64,000 nucleotides of DNA from Giesbergeria sp. (GCA_026647025.1 JAPKHH010000004.1:12743-76742); one strand, 5' to 3'; shown: positions 10,361 to 22,832, counted from the stretch's first letter. Notes: generated from the letters alone by a model not told the origin. Made by a program: numbers and translations.

Positions 10361-11134
10361 CTACTTTTCGACGAAGGCCCGCTCGATGACGAAATCACCT
10401 GGCTTGGTGGTGTTGCCTTCCTCGAAGTCGCGCTTTTCCAGCAGCGTCTTGAGCGAGGCGAGCATCTCGGGGCTGCCGCAGAGCATCACGCGGTCGGTCA
10501 GCGGGTCCAGCGGGGGCACGCCCAGGTCGGTGAACAGCTTGCCGCTCTCGATCAGGTCGTTGATGCGGCCCTGGTTCTTGAAGGGTTCGCGCGTCACCGT
10601 GGGGTAGTACTTGAGCTGCTGGCTCACCATCTCGCCCAGGATCTCGTGGGCGGGCAGTTCCTGGGTCAGGTAGTCGTGGTAGGCCAGCTCGTTCACCTGC
10701 CGCACACCGTGCACCAGGACCACTTCCTCGAACTTCTCGTAGGTCTCGGGGTCGCGGATCACGCTCAGGAACGGTGCCAGCCCCGTGCCTGTGGACAGCA
10801 GGTACAGGCGCTTGGCCGGCAGCAGGTAGTCGATCAGCAGGGTGCCCGTGGGCTTCTTGCCGACGATGATGGTGTCGCCCACCTGGATGTGCTGCAGGCG
10901 CGAGGTCAGCGGGCCGTCGGGCACCTTGATGCTCAGGAACTCCAGGTGTTCCTCGTAGTTGGCACTGACGATGCTGTAAGCGCGCAGCAGGGGTTTGTCG
11001 TTCACCTTCAGGCCGATCATGGTGAAGTGCCCGTTGGAGAACCGCAAGGCCGGGTCGCGGGTGGTGGTGAAGCTGAAAAGGCGGTCGGTCCAATGGTGAA
11101 CCGACAGCACGCGTTCTTCAAGAAAAGCGCTCAT
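10361..11134 (-). CDS. fpr: Ferredoxin/flavodoxin-NADP+ reductase
   Basis: RAYSIVS, STGTGLAPF, MLCGSPEML, FVIERAFVEK. Confidence 0.95.
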   Translation of the reverse strand: MSAFLEERVLSVHHWTDRLFSFTTTRDPALRFSNGHFTMIGLKVNDKPLLRAYSIVSANYEEHLEFLSIKVPDGPLTSRLQHIQVGDTIIVGKKPTGTLLIDYLLPAKRLYLLSTGTGLAPFLSVIRDPETYEKFEEVVLVHGVRQVNELAYHDYLTQELPAHEILGEMVSQQLKYYPTVTREPFKNQGRINDLIESGKLFTDLGVPPLDPLTDRVMLCGSPEMLASLKTLLEKRDFEEGNTTKPGDFVIERAFVEK

Positions 11135-11312
11135 GGTGTATTGGCAGGGATGTTGGAAACAGGTGCGCGCAGCGCGTCGCGGCGGAATGGAACCAGAGGC
11201 GACGCGCGATGCGGGTATTCCCCGTATTGTCCCGCAAAGCGCCGCACCGGTTCTGGCGGGGATCAAACCGGGGTGATTTCTGTGCTTGTGTGCGTGCCCC
11301 AGGACCGTGGAA

Positions 11313-12446
11313 TCAACGGTACTGCGCCAGATAGCGCCGCTCGAACCCGCGCTTGGCCCAGTGCATCAGGCGCAGGGGCGGCAGCAGCAGATTGCGCCGC
11401 TCGGTGCGCCAGACCAGGGTGCCGGTGCCCAGCGCGTCGATGATGCAGGCCAGCTCGACCTTGAAACCCGTGGTTTGCGGCCGTCCGGCCAGGCCGTCGA
11501 TCAGGTTCTGTGCAGCGGCGGCAGCCTGCAGGTCGGCCATGTGGGCTTGCTTGGGCATCCAGTCGGGGCCAGGAAAGCTGCCCGAGTCACCGACCACATA
11601 GACACGCTCCAGGCCGGGTACCCGGCACTGGGCGTCGGCCTGCAGCAGGCCGCCGGGCGAGCGCGGCAGGGTGGTTTGGTCGAACCAGGCGTTGCCGGTC
11701 ATGCCGGGCATGAACAGGATCAGGTCGGCGGCAAATTCACCGCCTTCGGTCACCACCTTGTCGGCCTCGAAGCGCAGCATCTTGTGGCCCAGGTGCGTGG
11801 TGATGTTGCGGCGTTCCATCTCGGCCAGCAGGTGGGCCACGGCCTTGGCGCCCAGGCGGGCGCCGGGTTCCTTGGAAGGGTTGAAGAACACCAGCTCGAA
11901 CTTGTCGCGCCGTCCCTCGCGGCGCAGCTGCGCGTCGATGCCGAACAGAAACTCGAACATCGGCCCGCCGCGCACCGCTGTCGGTTCGTTGGGGTTGCCG
12001 GCAAAGCCTACGGCAATGGTGCCGCCTTGCAGGGCCCGCAGCCGGTCGCGGATCTGCTCGGCTGCCGCAATGCCTTCGCAGGGCGTGATGGCGTGCCCGA
12101 TGCCGGGCAGTTTCTTGATGAAGCGCCCGCCGGTGGCGATCACCAGCGCGTCGTTGGCCACTTCGCCCGCCGTGGTCTGCACGCTGCGGGCGTCGGGCGT
12201 GAGGCCGGTGACCTCGGCGGCCAGGTGCTGCACGTCCATCCGTGCAAAGAATGGCGCCAGCGGCATGATGAGCTGCTCGCGCGTGCGCAGGCCGCTGGGA
12301 ATCCAGATGATGCCGGGCAGGTAGTGCAGTTCGCTGCGCGGGGAGATAAGGGTGATGGCGTCTTTGCAGCCGCGTGCGCGCAGTTCGCGCACGGCCGATA
12401 GCGCGCCAAAGCCGCTGCCCAGGATGGTGATGTGCTGGCCCGCCAT
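11313..12446 (-). CDS. sqrF: Sulfide:quinone oxidoreductase, type VI (SqrF)-like
   Basis: GSGFGA FAD motif; Cys123 (ITPCEG), Cys274, Cys334 (ELACIID); AVRGGPMFE lacks the second catalytic Cys of other SQR types. Confidence 0.75.
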   Translation of the reverse strand: MAGQHITILGSGFGALSAVRELRARGCKDAITLISPRSELHYLPGIIWIPSGLRTREQLIMPLAPFFARMDVQHLAAEVTGLTPDARSVQTTAGEVANDALVIATGGRFIKKLPGIGHAITPCEGIAAAEQIRDRLRALQGGTIAVGFAGNPNEPTAVRGGPMFEFLFGIDAQLRREGRRDKFELVFFNPSKEPGARLGAKAVAHLLAEMERRNITTHLGHKMLRFEADKVVTEGGEFAADLILFMPGMTGNAWFDQTTLPRSPGGLLQADAQCRVPGLERVYVVGDSGSFPGPDWMPKQAHMADLQAAAAAQNLIDGLAGRPQTTGFKVELACIIDALGTGTLVWRTERRNLLLPPLRLMHWAKRGFERRYLAQYR

Positions 12447-12447
12447 G

Positions 12448-12861
12448 TCAGTGGCCCTGGCCGCCCAGGGCCGTCACGACCCGCAGCAGGGCGGTGCGTG
12501 CGCCTTCCAGCGCCTCGCGCACGGCGGGGTTCTGGCTGGCGCTGGCTGCCAGGATCACGCGCGGGTCCTGCAGCAGCACGCGCGTCTGGCCGGGGGTGGC
12601 CTCGTGCGCGCTGGCGCCGCAGGGCAGCAGTGCGGCGATGTCGGGCTCTGCCGTGACCAGCGCGTGCGCCACCTTGGGCGAGCACACGCCGAGCAGGCGC
12701 TGGGGTGCGCTGTCGATGCCCAGCTTGGCTTTCAGTGTGGCCTGCATGTCCACCTCGCTGACGATGCCCATCTGCTCGGCGGCCAGGGCTGCCCGCAGGG
12801 TGTCGATGGCGGCGGACAGGGGCTGCGCAAGGGTGATGGCAAAGGCATAGGAGGGGGACAT
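12448..12861 (-). CDS. DUF302 domain protein
   Basis: GIVSEVDMQATLKAKLG...LGVCSPKVA...LLPCG pattern. Confidence 0.82.
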   Translation of the reverse strand: MSPSYAFAITLAQPLSAAIDTLRAALAAEQMGIVSEVDMQATLKAKLGIDSAPQRLLGVCSPKVAHALVTAEPDIAALLPCGASAHEATPGQTRVLLQDPRVILAASASQNPAVREALEGARTALLRVVTALGGQGH

Positions 12862-12886
12862 GGCCGGTCTTTCCGAAATATGAATA

Positions 12887-12940
12887 AAAACTGCCTCTGG
12901 CACTTGATGGTCAAGCGCCATTAGCTATCAACTAAATAGC
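12887..12940 (-). repeat. Dispersed bipartite palindromic repeat, copy 2
   Basis: Minus strand: GCTAT-N7-ATAGC, GCGCTTGACCATCAAGTG, GAGGCAGTTTT. Confidence 0.85.
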
Positions 12941-12947
12941 AAACTGG

Positions 12948-15658
<2,711 letters not shown>

Positions 15659-15736
15659 GGTGTTATCTCCCACGGGTCAGCAGGGATTGCAGCCAGCGCA
15701 CAAAATTTGCGCCGTGCCGCGCCCAGCAAGGACACG

Positions 15737-16099
15737 TCATGCCGTGGCCTTTACGGCCAGGGTGCTGAATTCTTCAAAGGCGGCCGATGCCTTGGCGGCG
15801 TACATCAGCGACGGCCCGCCCCCCATGTAGACCGCCATGCCCAGCGTTTCTGCGACTTCTTCGCGGGTGGCGCCGAACTTGACGAGCGCCTGGGCGTGGT
15901 AGCCCACGCAGGGGTCGCAGCGCGCGCCCACCGAGAGGGCGAGGGCAATCAGTTCCTTGGTTTTCTTGTCGAGCACGCCGTCCTTGCCGGCCGCCTGGGC
16001 CATGGCGGAGAAGCCGCGCAGGGTGTCGGGGATGTCCGCACGCAGCTGTGCGAGCTGGGCCGAGGTTTCTTGCGTCAGGGTGAGGTAGCTGGTGGTCAT
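15737..16099 (-). CDS. Carboxymuconolactone decarboxylase/AhpD-family protein with CxxC
   Basis: LDKKTKELIALALSVGARCDPCVGYH...MGGGPSLMYA. Confidence 0.88.
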   Translation of the reverse strand: MTTSYLTLTQETSAQLAQLRADIPDTLRGFSAMAQAAGKDGVLDKKTKELIALALSVGARCDPCVGYHAQALVKFGATREEVAETLGMAVYMGGGPSLMYAAKASAAFEEFSTLAVKATA

Positions 16100-16111
16100 G
16101 GTTTTCTAAGT

Positions 16112-16166
16112 AAAAATGGCTTCCAGCGCTTATGGAGCAAGCGCTGATAGCTATGAAGTTGATAGT
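16112..16166 (-). repeat. Dispersed bipartite palindromic repeat, copy 3 (overlaps the RND stop codon)
   Basis: Minus strand: ACTAT-N7-ATAGC, GCGCTTGCTCCATAAGCGC, GAAGCCATTTTT. Confidence 0.85.
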
Positions 16167-19100
16167 TCTTCATCCCGTGTCAGTGCGCCCAGGCGCTTGC
16201 GGTAGGCCGCGTAGTACAGGGTGGGGATGACCACCAGCGTGAGCACGGTGGAGACGGCGATGCCAAAGATCAGCGAGATCGCCAGCCCGTTGAAGATCGG
16301 GTCGTCCAGGATGAAGAAGGCGCCCAGCATGGCGGCCAGCCCGGTCAGCACGATGGGCTGCGCGCGCGTGATGGCCGAGTTGACGATGGCCTGCTTGAAA
16401 TCCATGCCGCTGCGCACCTGCAGGTTGATGAAGTCCACCAGCAGGATGGAGTTGCGCACGATGATGCCGGCCAGCGCAATCATGCCGATCATGCTGGTGG
16501 CGGTGTACTGCGCGCCCAGCAGCGCGTGGCCGGGCATCACGCCGATGATGGTCAGCGGAATCGGCGCCATGATGATGAGCGGCGTGAGGTAGCTGCCAAA
16601 CTGCGCCACCACCAGCAGGTAGATCAGGACCAGGCCCACGGCATAGGCGGCGCCCATGTCGCGGAAGGTCTCGTAGGTGATCTGCCACTCGCCGTCCCAC
16701 TTGAGGGCGTAGCCGCGCCAGGCGTCCTGCGGCTGGTGGATGAAGTATTCGTCCAGCGTGCCGCCGTCCGGCATGGGTAACTGGGCGATGTCGCCGCGCA
16801 TGGCAAACATGCCGTAGAGCGGGCTGTCGATCTTGCCTGCCATGTCGGCGACCACGTAGTTCACGGGCAGCAGGTCCTTGTGGTACACGGGCTGCTCGCG
16901 CAGCGTGTCGCTCACGGTGACCAGTTCACGGATAGGCACCAGCGCCCCCGAGGCCGAGCGCACCGTGAGCTGCAGCAGCGCGGCCAGGTTGCCCTGCTGC
17001 TCCGGCGGCAGCTGCAGCATGGCGGCGGCGGGGTATTTGCTTTGGTCGTGCACATAGGCCGTGGCTTCGCCGGCCAGCCCGGCGCGCAACGTGGTCACGA
17101 TGGCCTGCTGCGGCACGCCCAGCATGGCGGCCTTGCGCCGGTCGACCAGCAGCACGGTGCGCGGGGCGTCGGCAATGCTGCTGTCGTCCACATCCACCAG
17201 GCCTGCGGCCTTGTCGAACACGCCGCGCACCGCCTTGGCCACCTGGCGGCGGCCTTCGGCCTCAGGTCCATAGATTTCGGCCACGATGGGCGAGAGCACG
17301 GGCGGGCCGGGCGGCACTTCCACCACCTTCACGTTGCCGCCAAAGCGTTTGGCAATTTCCTGCAGCGGCGCTCGCACGCGCGTGGCAATGGCGTGGCTCT
17401 GGTCGGCTCGTGCGTGCTTGTCCACCAGGTTGACCTGGATGTCGCCCACCTCGCCCCCGGCGCGCAGGTAGTACTGGCGCACCAGGCCGTTGAAGTTGAT
17501 GGGTGCAGCCGTACCCGCGTAGGCTTGGTAGTCGGTCACTTCGGGCACCGTCACCAAATAGGCGCCCAGCTCGTGCATCAGCGCTGCAGTGCGCTCCACG
17601 GGCGTGCCCGCGGGCATGTCCACCACCACCTGGAATTCGGACTTGTTGTCAAAGGGCAGCATCTTGAGCAGCACCAGCCCGGTGGCTGGCAGTGCCACAG
17701 AGAGGGCGATCAGCAGCGCCACGCCCAGGCCCAGCAGGCCCCGGTTGCGTCCGCCGCGCTTTTCATCGAGCAGGGGCGTGAAGATGCGCGTGAACAGCGG
17801 CGTGATGCGCCGCGCCATGCCCGAGGGTTGGGCGTGGCCTTCTTCGGTGCCGCCGTGGTGCGCCTTCATCCACAGGCGCGCCAGCCAGGGCGTCACGACA
17901 AAGGCAATCGCCAGCGACAGCAGCATGCCCATGCTGGCGTTGATCGGGATGGGGCTCATGTACGGGCCCATCAGCCCCGAGACAAAGGCCATGGGCAGCA
18001 GTGCGGCGATCACGGTGAGGGTGGCGAGGATGGTGGGGCCACCCACCTCATCGACTGCGCCGGGAATGAGTTGCGCCAGCGTCTTGTCGGGCTCTAGCTT
18101 CTGGTGGCGGTGGATGTTCTCGACCACCACGATGGCGTCATCCACCAGGATGCCGATGGAGAAGATGAGTGCAAACAGCGACACCCGGTTGAGCGTGAAG
18201 CCCCAGGCCCAGGACGCAAACAGCGTGGCGGTGAGGGTGAGTACCACGGCCGTGCCGACGATGGCCGCCTCGCGCCGCCCCAGTGCGATGAACACCAGCG
18301 CCACGACCGAAGCGGTGGCGAACAGCAGCTTCTGGATCAGTTTTTGCGCCTTGTCGTTGGCTGTTGCGCCGTAGTTGCGCGTTTCGGCCACCTGCACTGC
18401 CGCGGGAATCACGGTGTTCTTCAGGGTCTCGACCCGTGCCATGACTGCGTTGGCGACGTCGATGGCGTTTTCGCCCGGCTTCTTGGTGATGGCGATGGTG
18501 ACGGCCGGGTACTCTGCCGCCTTTTCGCCCGCCGTGCCATGCCACACATAGCGGCTGGCGGGCGGCGCACCATCGCGCACCTGGGCGACTTCGCGCAGGA
18601 ACACCGGTTTGCCACTGCGTACGCCCACCACCAGATCGGCCACATCCTGGGCGCCCTGCAGGAAGGGGCCGGACTCGATGGCCACGGAGCGGTTGCCACC
18701 CAGCAGCTCGCCCACGGGCAGGCCCAGGTTGGCCGATTGCAGCGCCATGCGCAGGTCGGCCACGGTGACGCCCATGCCCGCCATGCGGGCAGGGTCCAGT
18801 TCCACCATCACGGCGCGGCCGGGGCCGCCGATGGTGGTGACTTCGCGCGTGCCGGGCACGCGCTTCAGATCGGCTTCCACGCTGTGCGCCACGCGCTCGA
18901 GGTCAAAAGCGCCGGTGTCCGGCTGGTCGCTGAACAGGGTGAGCGAGACGATGGGCACATCGTCAATACCCTTGGGCTTGATGATCGGGTCCAGCACGCC
19001 CAGGCCCTGGGGCAGCCAGTCGGCGTTGGAGTTGACCGTGTCGTACAGGCGTACCAGCGCCTCGGTGCGCGGCACGCCCACCTTGAACTGCACCGTGAGA

Positions 19101-19402
19101 ATGGCCACGCCAGGGCGCGAGAGCGACATCACATGCTCGGCGCCGGTGATCTGCGAGAGCACCTGCTCGGCCGGAATGGTCACCATCTGTTCCACGTCGC
19201 GCACGCTGGCGCCGGGGAATGGAATCAGCACGTTGGCCATGGTGACGTTGATCTGCGGCTCTTCCTCGCGCGGCGTCACCAGCACGGCAAACGCGCCGAG
19301 CAAAAAGGCCACCAGCGCCAGCAGCGGGGTGATCTGTGCCCCCTGGAAAAACGCCGCAATGCGCCCCGAAATGCCCATGCCCTTGTGTTTCTGTTCTTGC
19401 AT
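16151..19402 (-). CDS. RND efflux permease (AcrB/CusA superfamily)
   Basis: PREEEPQI, GILVDDAIVVVENI, GIIVRNSILLVDF, TRAQPIVLT; ~1080 aa. Confidence 0.93.
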   Translation of the reverse strand: MQEQKHKGMGISGRIAAFFQGAQITPLLALVAFLLGAFAVLVTPREEEPQINVTMANVLIPFPGASVRDVEQMVTIPAEQVLSQITGAEHVMSLSRPGVAILTVQFKVGVPRTEALVRLYDTVNSNADWLPQGLGVLDPIIKPKGIDDVPIVSLTLFSDQPDTGAFDLERVAHSVEADLKRVPGTREVTTIGGPGRAVMVELDPARMAGMGVTVADLRMALQSANLGLPVGELLGGNRSVAIESGPFLQGAQDVADLVVGVRSGKPVFLREVAQVRDGAPPASRYVWHGTAGEKAAEYPAVTIAITKKPGENAIDVANAVMARVETLKNTVIPAAVQVAETRNYGATANDKAQKLIQKLLFATASVVALVFIALGRREAAIVGTAVVLTLTATLFASWAWGFTLNRVSLFALIFSIGILVDDAIVVVENIHRHQKLEPDKTLAQLIPGAVDEVGGPTILATLTVIAALLPMAFVSGLMGPYMSPIPINASMGMLLSLAIAFVVTPWLARLWMKAHHGGTEEGHAQPSGMARRITPLFTRIFTPLLDEKRGGRNRGLLGLGVALLIALSVALPATGLVLLKMLPFDNKSEFQVVVDMPAGTPVERTAALMHELGAYLVTVPEVTDYQAYAGTAAPINFNGLVRQYYLRAGGEVGDIQVNLVDKHARADQSHAIATRVRAPLQEIAKRFGGNVKVVEVPPGPPVLSPIVAEIYGPEAEGRRQVAKAVRGVFDKAAGLVDVDDSSIADAPRTVLLVDRRKAAMLGVPQQAIVTTLRAGLAGEATAYVHDQSKYPAAAMLQLPPEQQGNLAALLQLTVRSASGALVPIRELVTVSDTLREQPVYHKDLLPVNYVVADMAGKIDSPLYGMFAMRGDIAQLPMPDGGTLDEYFIHQPQDAWRGYALKWDGEWQITYETFRDMGAAYAVGLVLIYLLVVAQFGSYLTPLIIMAPIPLTIIGVMPGHALLGAQYTATSMIGMIALAGIIVRNSILLVDFINLQVRSGMDFKQAIVNSAITRAQPIVLTGLAAMLGAFFILDDPIFNGLAISLIFGIAVSTVLTLVVIPTLYYAAYRKRLGALTRDEELSTS

Positions 19403-19412
19403 GGCGGGCCTT

Positions 19413-20450
19413 TCAGCGTGCGCGGGTGGCAGACAGCGGATCGAGCACCACGGCATCTCCGGGGGCTACGCCACTGAGCACCTCGACGCGATCACCTTCC
19501 ACCCGGCCCAGGCGGACCTGGCGCAGCAGCGGCTTGCCGCTCCCGTCCTGCACATACAGACCGGTCATTTCGGCACGGCGCACGATGGCGGAAACCGGCA
19601 CCGTCACCCGCTGGCCCTGGTCCGCAGCCCCTGCGGTCGGCAGCCACAGGCGGGCAAACATGCCGGGCACCACTCCCTGCACGCTGGCGGGCAGCTCGGC
19701 GCGTACCTGCACGGTGTGTGTCGCGGCGTCGACGGTGGGCAGCACCTGCACGCGCGCGGCCTGCGGCCATTGCTGCGCGGCGGGCAGGCCGGGCAACTCC
19801 ACGCGCACGGCATCCGCCTGCACGCGTGGCGCCAGCGACTGCGGCACGGCGGCCGTTACGCGCAGGCTGCCGGGGTCGTAGAGCGAGAGCAAGGTGCGGC
19901 CCGGCATGGCCATGTCGCCCAGTTGTACCGGTACCTCGGCCACGATGCCGGCATAGGGTGCACGCACGATGTTGAGCGCGGCCCCGGTGCGGGCTGCACC
20001 GGCCTGCGCTGCCTGGGCCGCGACCTGGGCGCGGGCCGCCTTGAAGTGGGATTCGGCCTGGTCCAGTGCGGCCTGGCTGATGTATTTCTTCTGGAAAAGC
20101 TGCTTCTGGCGCTCGAATTCGCGCGTGGCCGCGTCCAGCGCGGCGCGGGCGGCCAGTACCTGGGCGTCGCTGGCGGCGGCGCTCTGGTCGGCGGCGCGGG
20201 CATCAATGCGCAACAGCAGTTGCCCGGCCTTGACATGGTCTCCCGCCTTCACGTTCAGCTCGACCACGGCGCCGGGCGTCTGGGCGGCCACCACGGTCTG
20301 GCGCACGGCCTCGACCACACCGTCAAAGCCGGTGCGGCCCTGCAGGGCCGCCGCCTGTGCGGGAGCGGTTTGCAGATCCGCCGCCTGGGCTGTGCCGGTC
20401 AAGGCCAGCGCGACCGCCAGTGCTTTCATGAAGGGGTGAATTTTCAGCAT
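19413..20450 (-). CDS. RND periplasmic adaptor (membrane fusion protein)
   Basis: Signal peptide, lipoyl/barrel-sandwich VKAGDHVKAGQLL, coiled coil, VRAPYAG. Confidence 0.9.
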   Translation of the reverse strand: MLKIHPFMKALAVALALTGTAQAADLQTAPAQAAALQGRTGFDGVVEAVRQTVVAAQTPGAVVELNVKAGDHVKAGQLLLRIDARAADQSAAASDAQVLAARAALDAATREFERQKQLFQKKYISQAALDQAESHFKAARAQVAAQAAQAGAARTGAALNIVRAPYAGIVAEVPVQLGDMAMPGRTLLSLYDPGSLRVTAAVPQSLAPRVQADAVRVELPGLPAAQQWPQAARVQVLPTVDAATHTVQVRAELPASVQGVVPGMFARLWLPTAGAADQGQRVTVPVSAIVRRAEMTGLYVQDGSGKPLLRQVRLGRVEGDRVEVLSGVAPGDAVVLDPLSATRAR

Positions 20451-20535
20451 GGTTTTTTCTTTCGCGCTCCCTGCATTGCAAGGCAGGGGCTGGTCAATCA
20501 GAAGGTGTTGGGCTATTATTTGCGCAAACAACTAA

Positions 20536-20555
20536 ATAGTCAATAAGTTGATTAT
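20536..20555. promoter_or_regulatory. Candidate ArsR operator (imperfect inverted repeat)
   Basis: ATAGTCAA-TAAG-TTGATTAT (7/8 arm symmetry) in the AT-rich gap between the divergent ArsR and MFP genes. Confidence 0.45.
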
Positions 20556-20573
20556 TGCCTTGGCACCCTTACG

Positions 20574-20951
20574 ATGAAGCCCATTCCAGCACCCGTCCAC
20601 TGCGATCGCCTGGACCAGTTGCCTGATGCTGCGCTGGGCCAGGTGGCTGCGTACTTTCGCGCGCTGGGCGAGCCCATGCGCCTGCAATTGCTGCAGTGGC
20701 TGGGCGAGGGCGAGCACACGGTCGGGGAACTGGCGGCGTTGTGTGGCTGCAGCATGGCCAACGTCTCGCGCCACCTCGCGTTGCTCACGCGCCATGGCCT
20801 GCTGCAGCGGGAGATGCGTGGTCACAACGTCTGGTACCGTCGCGCCGATGCCTCGGTGGATGTGCTGTGCGACGGTGTCTGTGGCCACATCAGCCGCCAT
20901 TTCGAGCGGTTGAGCACCGAGCGCAGCTTTCCCCCAGCGGACGTTACATAG
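20574..20951 (+). CDS. ArsR/SmtB-family transcriptional regulator, Cys-rich
   Basis: FRALGEPMRLQLL, TVGELA...SMANVSRHLALL, VWYR; Cys10, 57, 59, 99, 103. Confidence 0.9.
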   Translation: MKPIPAPVHCDRLDQLPDAALGQVAAYFRALGEPMRLQLLQWLGEGEHTVGELAALCGCSMANVSRHLALLTRHGLLQREMRGHNVWYRRADASVDVLCDGVCGHISRHFERLSTERSFPPADVT

Positions 20952-22413
20952 CGCTGCGCCAGCCCGCGCCCACGGCCTGAAACAAGGCCGCGCTGTCGGC
21001 CAGTCGCTGCGCCTGTGCCGCCACCAGGCTGCTGCGCAGTTGCAGGGCCTGCTGCTGGACGACCAGCCATTGCAGATCACTGGCGGCGCCGAGCTTGAGC
21101 TGTTGCTGCGTGGACTGCAGGCCGGCCTGTGCGGCGGTGTCGGCCCGCTCCAGCGTGGCGAGCACCTGCGCATCGGCCTCGATGGCGCGCAGGGCATCGG
21201 CCACGCTGCGCAGGGCGTCGAGCACCACCATCTGGTATTGCGCGGCAGCGGCGTCCAGCGCGGCCAGTGCGGCGCGTTGCTGCGCGGGCAAGGCCGGGTC
21301 GAACAAGGGCTGGGTGAGCTGGGCAATCAGGCCCCACACGGCTGAGCCGCCACCAAACAGGGCACCCGTGGTCAGCGCCTGGCTGCCCAGATTCGCGCTG
21401 AGCCGGATTTGCGGGTACATGCGCGCCACGGCCACGCCATGCTCGGCGCTGGCCACGCGCACCAGCGCTTCGGCGGCCTGGATGTCGGGGCGTTGGCGCA
21501 CCAGTTCAGAGGGCAGCACCTGCGGCAGCTCGGCGGGCAGTGTGAAATCTTCCAGGCTGAACGCGGGCAGCGGCTCGGCGCCCGGTGCGCGCCCGGCCAA
21601 CACGGCCAGCAAGTGCGCGCTTTGCTGCGCCTGCTTGCGCAGCAGCAGCGCGGAGGCGCGGGTCTGCTCCAGCGCCGCCTGCAGGGCCTGCACATCGGCC
21701 GGCATGGCCTGGCCCAGGCGCAGGCGTTCCTGGGCGATGTCGGTTTGCGCCGCCTGGTTGCGGGCGATCGCCTCCAGGGCTTCGGCCTGGCCCGCAATGC
21801 GGGCCTGGGTGATGGCCGTGCTGGCGATGCGTGCGGCCAGGTCGAGGCGGGCCCCGGCGAGCTGGTAGCGGCGGTAGTCGGTGCGTGCCGCCAGGGCCTG
21901 CAGCGCCCGGCGGTTGCCGCCCGACACGTCGAGCTGGTACTGCACGCTGACGCTGGCGCTGTGCAGGCTGAAGGTGCGCCCGTCGCCGGGCAAGCCCTGT
22001 GCGCTGGGCGAGCTGTGCTGGCGCGCGCTGCCCACGCCCAGGTCGGCGCGCGGCCATTGGGTGGCGCGCTCCTGCGCCCCCTGCAGTTCCTCAGCCTGGC
22101 GCAGTTGTGCCTGCGCGGCCGCCAGCGTCGGGCTGGCCTGCAGGGCTTGGTCGATCAGCGCGTCCAGGCTGGGGGAACCGAGCTGCTGCCACCAGGGCGC
22201 TTCGAGGTCGATGTCGGCGCGCCACGCCTGCGCCGCGCCAAAGGCGCTGCTGCTGCCCGGTGCGGTGTTTGCCGGTCGTGGCAGGGCGTTGTCCGCCAGC
22301 GGCGCAGGGGCTTGGTAATCCGGGCCCGCCGCGCAGCCAGCGAGCAGGGCGGTGAGCACCAGGGGCAAGGCGGCGCGCCCGCTGGGCAGCGCGTGGAACA
22401 AAACATTTTTCAT
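20944..22413 (-). CDS. NodT/OprM-family outer membrane factor lipoprotein
   Basis: Lipobox LLAGC, WWQQLGSPSLDALI, LVRQRPDIQAAE. Confidence 0.9.
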   Translation of the reverse strand: MKNVLFHALPSGRAALPLVLTALLAGCAAGPDYQAPAPLADNALPRPANTAPGSSSAFGAAQAWRADIDLEAPWWQQLGSPSLDALIDQALQASPTLAAAQAQLRQAEELQGAQERATQWPRADLGVGSARQHSSPSAQGLPGDGRTFSLHSASVSVQYQLDVSGGNRRALQALAARTDYRRYQLAGARLDLAARIASTAITQARIAGQAEALEAIARNQAAQTDIAQERLRLGQAMPADVQALQAALEQTRASALLLRKQAQQSAHLLAVLAGRAPGAEPLPAFSLEDFTLPAELPQVLPSELVRQRPDIQAAEALVRVASAEHGVAVARMYPQIRLSANLGSQALTTGALFGGGSAVWGLIAQLTQPLFDPALPAQQRAALAALDAAAAQYQMVVLDALRSVADALRAIEADAQVLATLERADTAAQAGLQSTQQQLKLGAASDLQWLVVQQQALQLRSSLVAAQAQRLADSAALFQAVGAGWRSAM

Positions 22414-22832
22414 GGCGTGGTTTCCTGTCGGGCTGCGCGGCCGGGCCGCAGACGCAAGGCCAGGGTGCCAATGCCCAACCACACCACAGTGCGTAATGCC
22501 ATGGCGCCGACGGTGCGCGCCTCAAAGGCGCCGCCCGTCAGCACATGGAGGCCGAAGGCCGCAAACACGAGTGCCGTGGCCAGGCCGATGCCGAGCGCCA
22601 GCCAGGCCGCCCAGCCCAGGCGCCGCCACAGCGCCACGCCCGCCGCCACGTAGGCAAAACCGGCGAGAAAGTTGAACCAGAGCACCCATGGCACATAGGC
22701 TCCGGCCGCGCTGCGTGCGGCGTCGTTGCCGAACAGCACCGTGCCGCCCTCCTTCAGGGTGAGCAGGCCAAAGAGCACAGCGAACACGCTGGCGCCGCGC
22801 AGCCAGCGATTGCGTTGCAGCAAGGGATTCAT
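22410..22832 (-). CDS. Small 4-TM membrane protein of unknown function in the exporter operon
   Basis: Four hydrophobic segments; 4-bp overlaps with both neighbours. Confidence 0.75.
   Translation of the reverse strand: MNPLLQRNRWLRGASVFAVLFGLLTLKEGGTVLFGNDAARSAAGAYVPWVLWFNFLAGFAYVAAGVALWRRLGWAAWLALGIGLATALVFAAFGLHVLTGGAFEARTVGAMALRTVVWLGIGTLALRLRPGRAARQETTP

Noticed and set aside
20574-20951. Naming the ArsR as BigR/SqrR
   Set aside because: The helix-2 Cys required for that sensing pair is absent.
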